Shown piece after piece: positions 53,115-62,221 of a DNA stretch of 64,000 nt. Source of the stretch: Dehalococcoidia bacterium (GTDB lineage: Bacteria > Chloroflexota > Dehalococcoidia > Plut-88900); NCBI GenBank assembly GCA_965197585.1, contig OZ240215.1:768001-832000 (forward strand), in the 5' to 3' direction. A program made the translations under genes and the position numbers. A model generated the notes under the pieces. The model had not been told where the DNA came from and ran no database searches. It was given only the letters and a program-made list of their open reading frames with translations. How positions within the stretch are numbered: the first letter of the stretch is position 1; the number at the start of each line of letters is the position of its first letter.

Positions 53115-54424
53115 GTCACTAGGCTGTGGATCAGATCGGTGCCGGCCTTTAGTGGTATGGATGCCCAACGGTGAGCCCGACGCAATGCAAGAAATTGGTC
53201 ACTCCCCACGCCCAATGGTCCAGCTGTGCTGATAGCGTCTCCTAACGCACGCGGGTCGGACCGGTCTGTAAGCGGTGGTTCTGCTTCCGGCTGCGCGATG
53301 TTGAGAACCAGCCGCTGTCCTCTTGCAGTCTTCAGCACCAAGGGCCGCCCGTAGTGCGTAAGTTCACCCCAAGGCTTAGGGTAATCGGAATGTCCAGCAA
53401 TTATGTTTTCTCTAATGTACTGGTTGCTGGGCAACCAGACATGGTCAGGGGGGATACGTCTATTTGGTTCAGGTGCTCTGTCGAGTTCCTCTGCATGCTG
53501 GACAAATGGCCCACTCTTAACTCCGGACATGACCAGCAGCTGTGCGTCCGGACGAAAGTCCTGTAGCCTGTCTTGCACGCTCTTCAGTTCTCTACGAATT
53601 GCCTGAGCTAGTACGGCTATGGTACCAAACGCAGCGAGTTGGCCGTCCATCACGAATGCCGTGTTGGCCAAGGCGGTCAAGCCCTCATCGGATTGGACCA
53701 AGTAGCGGAGACTGTTGACCAAAGCGAGCATTTCTAGGGTTTGCATGACCCGGATGTGACACTCCACAGCTGATTGGTTTTCAATGAACTGCTCGTGAAC
53801 TCTGAGCGCATCGGTAGTAACGATTGTCGTTTCACAAGTGGGGCAAGTGTCATCAATGTTTGGTTTAGGTATCGATAGCTGAGTGCCATCACAATCGGGG
53901 TTTGGACATTGGCGAATCCTGTGATCGGCCCCCAGTACGTGATAAAGACTCTCAGCGAAAGTTTCACCCCCCAATGAGACTTTGTTTAATGTGTCGTTGA
54001 AGGAGCGACGAAACCATTCTCGTGGACCTATTCCATCAACCGTTTTGGCATTGGTCCCCGGTAGCAAAGCGCCTAAGCTACGTCCATCTTCGGTCTCCCT
54101 GAGTTCTCTGGGACTGACTGCACCGCTGACAGGTAGCTTTACCAGCGACGACAGCTTGCTGAGCTTGATGACCACTACCCCGAGGGATACGATTCCAGCT
54201 TGCGTATCCGGAAGTCTTCCTGGGAAGTTGTCATAGACCTGCGACCCGTCTATGGCGACCAAATGAGTCCTGGCATTCCCGGATGGACTCGGCCGGAAAG
54301 GTGGCAGGGCCAACACAGTTTCCTGGCTAGGCGGTTGTAACTGAGCACGGAATTCGGCGAACTCCGAGCTGTCGGCAATAGCCTGTATTGCGGCCAGACC
54401 TGCTCTCTCATCGGGGTAAGGCAT
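53111..54424 (-). CDS. NurA-like nuclease with a Zn-ribbon insert
   Basis: LVAIDGS, FVMDGQLA, GVKSG, CPNPDC...CPTC, LRRAH; directly downstream of HerA. Confidence 0.78.
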   Translation of the reverse strand: MPYPDERAGLAAIQAIADSSEFAEFRAQLQPPSQETVLALPPFRPSPSGNARTHLVAIDGSQVYDNFPGRLPDTQAGIVSLGVVVIKLSKLSSLVKLPVSGAVSPRELRETEDGRSLGALLPGTNAKTVDGIGPREWFRRSFNDTLNKVSLGGETFAESLYHVLGADHRIRQCPNPDCDGTQLSIPKPNIDDTCPTCETTIVTTDALRVHEQFIENQSAVECHIRVMQTLEMLALVNSLRYLVQSDEGLTALANTAFVMDGQLAAFGTIAVLAQAIRRELKSVQDRLQDFRPDAQLLVMSGVKSGPFVQHAEELDRAPEPNRRIPPDHVWLPSNQYIRENIIAGHSDYPKPWGELTHYGRPLVLKTARGQRLVLNIAQPEAEPPLTDRSDPRALGDAISTAGPLGVGSDQFLALRRAHRWASIPLKAGTDLIHSLVT

Positions 54425-54450
54425 GTTGAACCCTGTAGTCAGCTATGAGT

Positions 54451-56634
54451 CTACGGTTGTCCGCTATCGGACTGCGCCGGTGGCGCGGAGTCATCTGGAA
54501 TCTGGAACTTGTCCAGTTGGACTGGCACGGTATACGCTTGGGATAGCGTGCGGATCCGCACGAATCCGCGCTCACTGACCTTCCCAATTTGCTCGATAAA
54601 GTCAGAGAAGTCCATATATCCCGCTACTACGCGGCGCTCAGCCTCTGAGTTAAGATAGGACAGTACCCAGTTGTCTGTTTCACTCAGGATTTCCGGCATC
54701 ACGGAACTCGGCGCCTGTGTGGCCAACACCATACCAATATTCAGCTTGCTTCCCTCCTTAGCGGCTCTCGCCCACACAGATGTCAGGTTATCGCGGGCAT
54801 TGACCCGTGGCAGGAGATTGTGAGCCTCCTCTATATAGACAATTATGTGCCCCTTCGTGGCCTGTGATTCGTCGGGAGGGGCGGTGGGGTCGTATTGCGC
54901 TAGGATGGATCGGAAGCGCTCCTGCTGCGACCTGAATATCCGCCACATGACCCGCTCTGCAGCGGCTTGGTTCTGTTCTGACTCCCCGGCTGATTGATCA
55001 ATGATGACCAGTTTGCCTTCGCGCAAGTCGTTCACAACGGCCTCTGCGAAGTCATTGGTGGTGTTGGGATTGTGTTGTTCTTGGGCAACTTGGAAGAACC
55101 TGGGACCGTTGCGTGACTCAAAGATGCGAAGGACGGCTCGAAACCTGGGATCGGCCCATGACTCATGGCTCGAGCTGTTGCTAATGTAGTTCTGCTCGAA
55201 CGTGGCGAAATAGCTTTTGCCATCGTCTATGAAACGAGAAAGTGCTGTGAAGACAGTTACAAGCTGGTCCCAAGTGATTCTAAATTGATTCTGTCTAGCT
55301 GATTCTAAGATGACCGCAGCTTGATGGTAGTCTGTTCGATGGTCGCTGTTGGCGTTGTTGTTCGCTCTCATGGCATTGATGAGGTCTTGCGAGAATAGAG
55401 AGTTCGGTCCAGGTCCTTGTATGGACGGCTGCCAACTCGGTGGCTGCAGCCCAGCAGCGATCAGTGCGGTTCTGTAGGCTAGAATCGCACGGAAATACCG
55501 GGTCTGTGCTCCCATATCTCCGGCACCGCTGGGCTCGACAGCGAGGTCCACATCCCGGAATGCTCGCATGTATTGGGACGGTGCAGTCGCCATGATGCCT
55601 TTGATTATCTCTTTGCCAGCCAACAACTGATCCAGGGCCTGCTCCACTCGTATGGTGTCCTGCTGTGTTTGCCAGGGCCTTGGAATCGGGTCTCCAAAGA
55701 AGTTCAGTTTCATGATTTTACGACCTCGGTCCCAGGGTACGGATATCAGTCCATAAGTCGCCACCTCAGCCTGTCGCGACAAGCCGATGGTCTCGTGGAC
55801 TCGGTGTAGCCCCTTGCCGTCTTGGTAGTTGTCTTGGGCATATTCACCGCTCAGATCAAAGATAATCTGGCCTATCCGATGTTCGGGATTATCTTGGCGT
55901 AACTTATAGATGCACTCAGCTACAATCTTTAGACCGTTGGATTTCCCAGAGCGAGACATACCGAAGTAAACGGTGCGCCTTTTCATGATGTCAGTGGGGT
56001 TGATTTGGAAGGCAACCTTGGTGCTATGCTCGGGTTCAGCGGCTGCAAATCGCGTACGCCCTATCCTAGTAGCCTTCTTGGCAATAGGTATGTCATTTGT
56101 GCGATGCTGATGATTTACGATCAAGTCCAGAGTGGCAGCATCTGGTTTCCACACCATCAATTGGTTGACGGAGTAGTAGTTGTCTATGTCCTCTGCATAG
56201 CGGTACTTGCTATCTTCCCATATGAAGGTGCCCAACACCGAACATTCCAGTCCGTGCAAGGATATCTTGTCCCTCACCCAGTCAGGGAGCCGATCAGCCC
56301 AGGGGCCTTGGTTTCCCGAGTCCTCAATGCTCTCTTGTCTTGTCTGGTCGTTCGCAGCTGTTGCAGGAAGCCGTGCTTCCTTTTGAATGCGAAGCAGAAT
56401 GAACGATTCGTCACCGTCGGGCTTGGCAGCTAAGAGAAAAGCATTCTTTGGTAGTCCACCCGCTTGCTCACGGTCGTAATCGTATACGGCCACTATGGCA
56501 CTGCTGTAGGAGATTGTGTAAACCGCACCCACCTTGAGAACCCGTTCACGGAACGGTCTGTTATCTAGTTGACCAGCACTTTGTATCAGACTGTCTATTA
56601 CTGTGTTGGGAGAGTCTTGGCTGTTCTCTTGCAT
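54451..56634 (-). CDS. HerA/DUF87-family helicase-translocase
   Basis: FGMSRSGKSN, IIFDLSGEY, YIEEAHNL, AKEGSK, LATQAPS; N-terminal barrel-like region; AGGAGA RBS. Confidence 0.88.
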   Translation of the reverse strand: MQENSQDSPNTVIDSLIQSAGQLDNRPFRERVLKVGAVYTISYSSAIVAVYDYDREQAGGLPKNAFLLAAKPDGDESFILLRIQKEARLPATAANDQTRQESIEDSGNQGPWADRLPDWVRDKISLHGLECSVLGTFIWEDSKYRYAEDIDNYYSVNQLMVWKPDAATLDLIVNHQHRTNDIPIAKKATRIGRTRFAAAEPEHSTKVAFQINPTDIMKRRTVYFGMSRSGKSNGLKIVAECIYKLRQDNPEHRIGQIIFDLSGEYAQDNYQDGKGLHRVHETIGLSRQAEVATYGLISVPWDRGRKIMKLNFFGDPIPRPWQTQQDTIRVEQALDQLLAGKEIIKGIMATAPSQYMRAFRDVDLAVEPSGAGDMGAQTRYFRAILAYRTALIAAGLQPPSWQPSIQGPGPNSLFSQDLINAMRANNNANSDHRTDYHQAAVILESARQNQFRITWDQLVTVFTALSRFIDDGKSYFATFEQNYISNSSSHESWADPRFRAVLRIFESRNGPRFFQVAQEQHNPNTTNDFAEAVVNDLREGKLVIIDQSAGESEQNQAAAERVMWRIFRSQQERFRSILAQYDPTAPPDESQATKGHIIVYIEEAHNLLPRVNARDNLTSVWARAAKEGSKLNIGMVLATQAPSSVMPEILSETDNWVLSYLNSEAERRVVAGYMDFSDFIEQIGKVSERGFVRIRTLSQAYTVPVQLDKFQIPDDSAPPAQSDSGQP

Positions 56635-56701
56635 ACAAAGTTCTCCTACGACAAACGTGTGACAACGAGGGAGTCGGTAAGGGTTAGTTCCACCATGGGC
56701 G

Positions 56702-56710
56702 ATTATAACA
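56702..56710 (-). promoter_or_regulatory. Extended -10 promoter element for the herA operon
   Basis: Minus strand TGTTATAAT about 70 bp upstream of the herA ATG. Confidence 0.5.
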
Positions 56711-57366
56711 AAGTCGGTGATTCTTCAGCCAATGCAGGGCACCTCAATAGAGGATACGCCGTTGCTACAACGGTTGTCATAATAGCCTGCGGTATTGACA
56801 TGTGACCCCAAGGTGCCTGCATAATCGGACAAGCGCTACGTTTGCGCCTCGTTCAATCCCTCTGAGCACAAGGTTTACTTTCGCTCTCTACCCACATGCA
56901 TGATGATTAGCCCATTGCATTACTTATCTGCTAGTGTGACTCAGTTCTCTCCCGGATGGGCCTGTGTGCAAAATCGACAAGATGTGAGTCCATAGCTACC
57001 TCGGACGGCCTAGCTAGCCTGGAACAGCCCGACGGCATCCCGACGGCCTACTTGGCATCACTCGAAGTTTTGTTATCTCATACTCTTGCTTTCAGCAACA
57101 CCTAGATATCAATATTCCTCAAAAGGTCTGAGTGGTTGGGTAGGAAGATAATGCTTTCGGGAAGATTTTGAGAGTCATCCCTGATGTCTAATGAGAAACG
57201 GATTTGGTACCGCATTCAATAGAGGCGCGTAAAGATGCTCAGCGGCTCGCAGCGACCGTCGGCAATATAGCTCGGTCAAGCATCGCACCTAAGTAGTCCT
57301 CGCCAGCCATCAACTGCAGAATTGAGTACTGCACATTTCCACCCAGACCACCAATGGCTAATTGTT

Positions 57367-57681
57367 TCATCGGGAAAATGCCTCCAGGCCCACTCCATCG
57401 GGCACGTCCCGGTCGGGACACATCAAGATCCCGTCCCGGAGTCCCATGCTCTCGGCCAAGGTCAAAAGATAGAATAGACGGGCGGAACCTGGTACGACGC
57501 CCTTGCATCGCCACTCCCTGAGCCGGTAAGGGCTGACACCCAGTAGCCGTGCCATCGACCCCCAGGACATCCGGCTGGCCTCTTTGAAGTGCGCGAGCCG
57601 TTCAGGGAAGTCCTCAGGAAAGTCAACCTTGACGGGCCTGTGAACCCTCTGCTGCACCCCCAAGACGTTAGTTCTTCCCAT
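57367..57681 (-). CDS. XRE-family HTH protein
   Basis: FPEDFPERLAHFKEASRMSWGSMARLLGVSPYRLREWR; the true start is well downstream of the listed ORF start. Confidence 0.7.
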   Translation of the reverse strand: MGRTNVLGVQQRVHRPVKVDFPEDFPERLAHFKEASRMSWGSMARLLGVSPYRLREWRCKGVVPGSARLFYLLTLAESMGLRDGILMCPDRDVPDGVGLEAFSR

Positions 57682-58039
57682 TCTTAGCATCAGGGATCGA
57701 TGCAACGCGGGGCATGAACGCCTCCCTGAAATCTGCCCCTTCGGCCAGGGCTGACAACACATCCGGCTTTGGAAGGAGGATGTCGACCCCCAGCAGTATG
57801 TGGACGCCTCCCGGGAACCGGGCCGCCAGGGTAAGGAGGGCAAACAGCGTGTCTCCGCAGGGCTTGGTGCCGTGACGCCAGCGGCGGACCTGCCGGGGGT
57901 CCACACCCATGCAGTAGGCCATGCCATCCCAGGTGAGACCACTGACCCTCTTGAAGTATTCCAGGCGCTCGACGAAGTCATCCGGCAGGAAGGGCAGGCA
58001 ATACAGGGTTTCAAGGGGAAGTAGGGAGCAGCGGCTCAC
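57668..58039 (-). CDS. XRE-family HTH protein
   Basis: DDFVERLEYFKRVSGLTWDGMAYCMGVDPRQVRRWRHG; GTG at 58039 overlaps the upstream stop (GTGA). Confidence 0.7.
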   Translation of the reverse strand: MSRCSLLPLETLYCLPFLPDDFVERLEYFKRVSGLTWDGMAYCMGVDPRQVRRWRHGTKPCGDTLFALLTLAARFPGGVHILLGVDILLPKPDVLSALAEGADFREAFMPRVASIPDAKNGKN

Positions 58040-58275
58040 TGGACAAGCTCCAAGATGAACAGGTCGTCGAAACTGTCGATCCCAAGGACATCCTGAAGGC
58101 GCTTTCGCATCTCGGCCGACGGGCAGCGGGTGCCGCTCATCAGCTGGGAGAGATATCCGGAGGTGATGCCAACCGTCCGCGCCAGTTCGTTCTGGCTCAT
58201 GTTCAGCTGGTCGAGACGGTCCCACACGCCGCGTTGCTTGAGCCTTACCCTCGATGCAGGGCGTCGTCCTTTCAT
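58036..58275 (-). CDS. Cro/XRE-like HTH regulator
   Basis: MSQNELARTVGITSGYLSQLMSGTRCPS; AAGGAGG RBS. Confidence 0.85.
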   Translation of the reverse strand: MKGRRPASRVRLKQRGVWDRLDQLNMSQNELARTVGITSGYLSQLMSGTRCPSAEMRKRLQDVLGIDSFDDLFILELVQ

Positions 58276-58472
58276 TTCCCATCCTCCTTCTCGCCGTTGC
58301 CCTCCTCTACCGGGGCTGCGCGAACCCTACCTGCGGCATCCCCGGGATACAGTTCGGGGTTGGACATGTAGTGGCGGGCTATGATGCGTGCCAGGATTCT
58401 TAGGCTTTGCAGCCACATCTCCTCCTGTTCCCTAGTGAGTCGGACCTTGCTCATTGCGATTTCATCTCCCAC
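58272..58472 (-). CDS. Small hypothetical protein
   Basis: ATGA overlap with the Cro-like gene; SLRILARIIAR helix. Confidence 0.55.
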   Translation of the reverse strand: MGDEIAMSKVRLTREQEEMWLQSLRILARIIARHYMSNPELYPGDAAGRVRAAPVEEGNGEKEDGK

Positions 58473-58675
58473 GGCAATCCTGCTTTACAAGAGACTAGTG
58501 TCCCAGCACATACTGTTGTATGATTCCGATAATAGAACATCTAAGCCATGATATGGCAGTCTAACAAAAGCGCTCTAACAATTGCAATCACTTCATAACT
58601 ACATAGCAAGCACTTCTTGGATAACGCTTGCAATAGTGTAACAACTAGTATCAGTTATGCTTTATAATGTGATCC

Positions 58676-59119
58676 ATGAGTGAAAGGGCACAGTTGAATC
58701 GGGGGGCTTCTATGAACGGGGAAATCGACCGCCGCGACGAGGACATCGGCCAGATGTTGAAGAGACTGAGAGCAGATACCAGCCTGCGGGGCGTCCAGCG
58801 CCTCACCGGCATCTCCAACGCCTACCTCTCCCAGATAGAGAAGGGCCTCCGCCAGCCTGGGCCGAAGGTCCTCAGGAGGCTGGCTGCCCTCTACGGGGTG
58901 GGCGTGCAGGAGCTGTTTAAGAGGGCCGGGTACCTGGAAGCGGAGAAAGAGGAGCCCAAGGCCAACGAGGCCACGGAGGTTGAGAGGGCCTACCAGTACG
59001 TCCTCTCCGACCCCGTCTTTCGGGTTGGCACCCGTCCCAGGGGGCCTCTCTCCGTCGAGTCCAAGCGATTCATAGTCGAGTTGTACGAACGATACACGGG
59101 AAAGAGGCTTCTCCAATGA
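58676..59119 (+). CDS. XRE-family repressor (ImmR-like)
   Basis: SLRGVQRLTGISNAYLSQIEKG.RQP...LRRLAALYGV; divergent from the Cro-like operon. Confidence 0.88.
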   Translation: MSERAQLNRGASMNGEIDRRDEDIGQMLKRLRADTSLRGVQRLTGISNAYLSQIEKGLRQPGPKVLRRLAALYGVGVQELFKRAGYLEAEKEEPKANEATEVERAYQYVLSDPVFRVGTRPRGPLSVESKRFIVELYERYTGKRLLQ

Positions 59120-60075
59120 ACAGCACCATGCTTGACGACTTCTGCAATTCCCTCAAGGCTGGCCGGACTCCCCCGGAAAGGCTCATGCCTGGGGAGGTGG
59201 CCCGGAGGTTCGTGGGCCACTTTGGTTTCTCTCCCTTTCCACGCATGGGAGAGATGGTCCGGTTGCTGAGGGGAGCGGGAATAGAGACGGCACCGGACGC
59301 CGACCTCGACAAAGGACTCAGAGGTATGCACCTGGGCACCAGCAATGGAACCTACGTCATCCGATACGACGCCTCCGAGACCGATGGGACGCAGGAGCAC
59401 ACGGTGTTCCACGAGACCTACGAGATCATCCGGGAGCGCCTAACCGACCTCCATCCCGAAGTACAACGACCCCAGGGCCAGCCTCTATGCCGCCAGGCTG
59501 ACCGTTTCGCCGCCGCAGCTTTGATGCAGCCCGGGTTCTTCGCCCTCTTCGCCGAGACCACGGGTCTGGACGTGGTGGCCCTACAGCGCACCTATGGACG
59601 TGCCTACTCCTCCCTGACAATCAGGCTGGCCGAGGTGATGCGGAATCAGCCCCTCTTGGCAGTGCTGTACGAGCGGCAAGGCCACCGTAACCCGCAAGAA
59701 TGGGCTGAACGCCCTTCGCCGGAGGAGTTCACGGCCACCGTCGTGGCGAGGACACCCGGGTTCAGGTTGAGAACAGTCAAGAGGCCCCTATCGACTCTCC
59801 GAGGGATGCTGCCCCGTCGTGGCTATGCCCCCGCTCAGTACTCGGTGGCGGAACGGGTCATTCTCACGGGCGAACCCGTACACGTGGAACGGGTAACCGG
59901 CTACGACCTGTGGAATGCCGACGACATCACTGTAGCCGCCAGGCTGGTGAAATGGCATGGCCGCCTGGCCAAGATCGCCCTCGTAGCCGTGCCCTACAGG
60001 GACCGCAAGGTCTTGGGCCCGCAGCTCGGCCGTGTCTCCTTCGAGCACATCTCACATGCACACCAGGTTATCTAG
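59116..60075 (+). CDS. ImmA/IrrE-family (Peptidase_M78) protein with an atypical metal motif
   Basis: YVIRYD...QEHTVFHETYE...CRQADRFAAAALMQP; ATGA-coupled to the repressor. Confidence 0.75.
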   Translation: MNSTMLDDFCNSLKAGRTPPERLMPGEVARRFVGHFGFSPFPRMGEMVRLLRGAGIETAPDADLDKGLRGMHLGTSNGTYVIRYDASETDGTQEHTVFHETYEIIRERLTDLHPEVQRPQGQPLCRQADRFAAAALMQPGFFALFAETTGLDVVALQRTYGRAYSSLTIRLAEVMRNQPLLAVLYERQGHRNPQEWAERPSPEEFTATVVARTPGFRLRTVKRPLSTLRGMLPRRGYAPAQYSVAERVILTGEPVHVERVTGYDLWNADDITVAARLVKWHGRLAKIALVAVPYRDRKVLGPQLGRVSFEHISHAHQVI

Positions 60076-60261
60076 CCGTGAAATCAATCAAAGGAGCCCG
60101 GATGTTTCTACCGGTTCACTACCCCGTACCAGAGGACTGCTTGCTACCCCGGGCCAAGGAGCACTCGGCCTTTGGATGGACACCGAACGACAAGACCAGG
60201 CTGCACGACGACCTTCTGGAAAACCGACACTTCGCTACCACCAATTGAACTACATGAATAG

Positions 60262-60486
60262 GTGATGACAATGCAAGACAGACTATTGAGACGTCGACAG
60301 GTCGAGGAGATCACGGGCATGAGCCGCTCGTCGATCTACAAGATGATGCAGAACGGTGAATTCCCCAGACCCGTAAGAATCGGCCCCGCAGCCGTCAGGT
60401 GGAGGGCCAGCGACATCAGGGCATGGGTGGAGTCTCGACCGGTGGCTAGGGGAGAGTTCGACAGGACCAGCGCCGCCTTGTTGTAG
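60262..60486 (+). CDS. alpA: AlpA-family excisionase/regulator
   Basis: LLRRRQVEEITGMSRSSIYKMMQNGEFPRPVRIG..AVRW. Confidence 0.92.
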   Translation: MMTMQDRLLRRRQVEEITGMSRSSIYKMMQNGEFPRPVRIGPAAVRWRASDIRAWVESRPVARGEFDRTSAALL

Positions 60487-60489
60487 CGG

Positions 60490-61686
60490 TTAGGACTGGA
60501 GTACGAGCTGGGAGTGGCCGTTCCGGCTCCGGTAAGAGTTGCCGGCCAGATAGTCCGCCCACTGCTGCATGAGAGTGCGACGGCGCTCGAAGAGGTCGGA
60601 CCTGGCATATGCCTGCTCTGTGGAATTGCCCAGGCTGTGGGCAAGGGCAGCCTCCGAGACGACCCAGGGGGTGTCTGTCTGCTCCAGCGCCCAGTTCTTG
60701 AAGCTGCTGCGGAATCCGTGGACAGTGGCATGTTCTGCCAGGCCGACGGAACGGAGGACCTTCGTGAGCGTCATGTCGGACATCGGAGCCCCCTGCTTTA
60801 GCGGTGAAGGGAACACCAGACCTGAATCCTCCCGCAGAACGGATGCTTCGTCGAGAACTTCGAGGGCCTCGTCGCTAAGAGGAACCCGGTGTTCAACGCC
60901 CGCTTTCATCCGCTGAGAGGGAATCCTCCACATCCGATCTTCGAGGTCGATCTCGTCCCAGGTTGTACCCCGTGCCTCACCGGAGCGGGCCGCAGTGAGG
61001 ACCAGGAACCGGAAGCACAGCTTCGCGGACATCGAGGCCCGAGAGGCTGCAACCGTCTCAACGGCCGAGCCGACTTCCTGGTAGGGTAGGGCCCTGAAAT
61101 GGGCCTTCACCTTCGGCATTGGAGGCAGGGCGCCATCGATGGCTTCACCCGCCGGGTTGGATTCCATGAAACCGTGAGCCATTGCCCACCGGAAGATGGT
61201 CCTCATCCGCTGCCGCACCCGCCGAGCAGTCTCCGGCCGGCTTGTCCATATGGGGGTCAGCACCCGCAGCACGTCTCCGCGATCTATCCGGTCCAGGGGT
61301 GTGTTCCCCAGGACTGGCGTTGCATGACGCTCCAGGGTCTGTATCCAACCTGCCATGTGCCTGGGATTGCGCCAGCGGGGCTTGTTAGCCTCATGGACGG
61401 CATAGGCAGCTTCTTTGAAGGTCGGCATGGCAGGTGCGTGCTTTTCTGCCACTGGATCCCGACCATATGCGAAAGCATTCCGGTAGTCCGCCGCCTTTTC
61501 CCGGGCTCGGGCCAGGCTTACGGACGGGTATCCGCCCAGCCCGATATCGCGTCGGCGCACATCAACCGTGATGCGCAGCACCCACGATTTCCGTCCCGCT
61601 TTGCTGATGAAGAGGTGGAGACCACCGCCATCGGAATAACGCCCCGGTTCCCTGAGGGCTTTCACTTTTGTTGCTGAAAGAGTCAT
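60490..61686 (-). CDS. int: P4-type tyrosine integrase with arm-binding domain
   Basis: YSDGGGLHL, IGLGGYPSVSLARARE, LTAARSGE, RMKAG.EH, VHGFRSSF, LAH, QAYARSD. Confidence 0.95.
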   Translation of the reverse strand: MTLSATKVKALREPGRYSDGGGLHLFISKAGRKSWVLRITVDVRRRDIGLGGYPSVSLARAREKAADYRNAFAYGRDPVAEKHAPAMPTFKEAAYAVHEANKPRWRNPRHMAGWIQTLERHATPVLGNTPLDRIDRGDVLRVLTPIWTSRPETARRVRQRMRTIFRWAMAHGFMESNPAGEAIDGALPPMPKVKAHFRALPYQEVGSAVETVAASRASMSAKLCFRFLVLTAARSGEARGTTWDEIDLEDRMWRIPSQRMKAGVEHRVPLSDEALEVLDEASVLREDSGLVFPSPLKQGAPMSDMTLTKVLRSVGLAEHATVHGFRSSFKNWALEQTDTPWVVSEAALAHSLGNSTEQAYARSDLFERRRTLMQQWADYLAGNSYRSRNGHSQLVLQS

Positions 61687-61845
61687 CGAAGTCTCAATTC
61701 ATCTCAGAATGTTCCCACAAATTTTACCACACTTAATGCGAGATACCAAAGGAAATAGACGGCCTAAACAAGCACTTGAGAAGTGTTAGTTAGCTACGAA
61801 GCAAGCGTAAAACGGGAAAACGGCGGCCAATGAAAAAGAGGTTAG

Positions 61846-61937
61846 TGGCGGAGAGGATGGGATTCGAACCCACGAGAGAGCTTTCACCCCCTACGCGATT
61901 TCCAGTCGCGCCTGTTCGGCCACTCCAGCACCTCTCC
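61846..61937 (-). tRNA. tRNA-Ser (anticodon GGA), ICE insertion site
   Basis: GGAGAGG acceptor stem, CGCGA-CTGGAAA-TCGCG anticodon arm, long variable arm, GGTTCGAATCC, 3' GCCA. Confidence 0.96.
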
Positions 61938-62221
61938 GGGACCCGTAGCCTGAGCTTCGAACTTAGCTCCGGCGATAAATGATAGCATCGAGCGGGCGGA
62001 ATGATAAGGTGTCACGGCGGAATGGGCTCGAAACCGACGGCCTATTCGATGATATTGCGAACACTAACAACAGCAAGCGTTTGCATCTATAATCCCACCC
62101 ATGGCCTCGACTGACGGGTAGACCCGCATGTCGGACGAGAGAATTGCGAAGGTATGCGGGATAGCCGGACGAGGCAAGTTGGCAAGCAGCACGGGTTTCG
62201 AGCAATGATGGAGAGTTAAGG

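Larger units (their letters stand above)
1..61845. mobile_element. Integrative conjugative element inserted at tRNA-Ser; left end outside the window
   Basis: P4-type integrase and AlpA next to the tRNA 3' end; VirB4/VirD4/VirB6/relaxase cluster; primase, SSB, RadC and MTase backbone; defence cargo. No duplicate of the tRNA 3' end noticed further left. Confidence 0.88.

Noticed and set aside
945-56634. SIR2 and HerA as a SIR2-HerA (Nezha-type) system
   Set aside because: The genes are more than 50 kb apart, and HerA is operonic with NurA and the MTase
56795-56825. TTGACA...CATAAT on the + strand upstream of herA
   Set aside because: 19-bp spacing and no downstream ORF or recognisable RNA structure
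57367-58282. Overlapping 215-aa and 204-aa ORFs suggesting a frameshifted pseudogene
   Set aside because: Better explained as consecutive short HTH genes with downstream starts at 58039 and 57681
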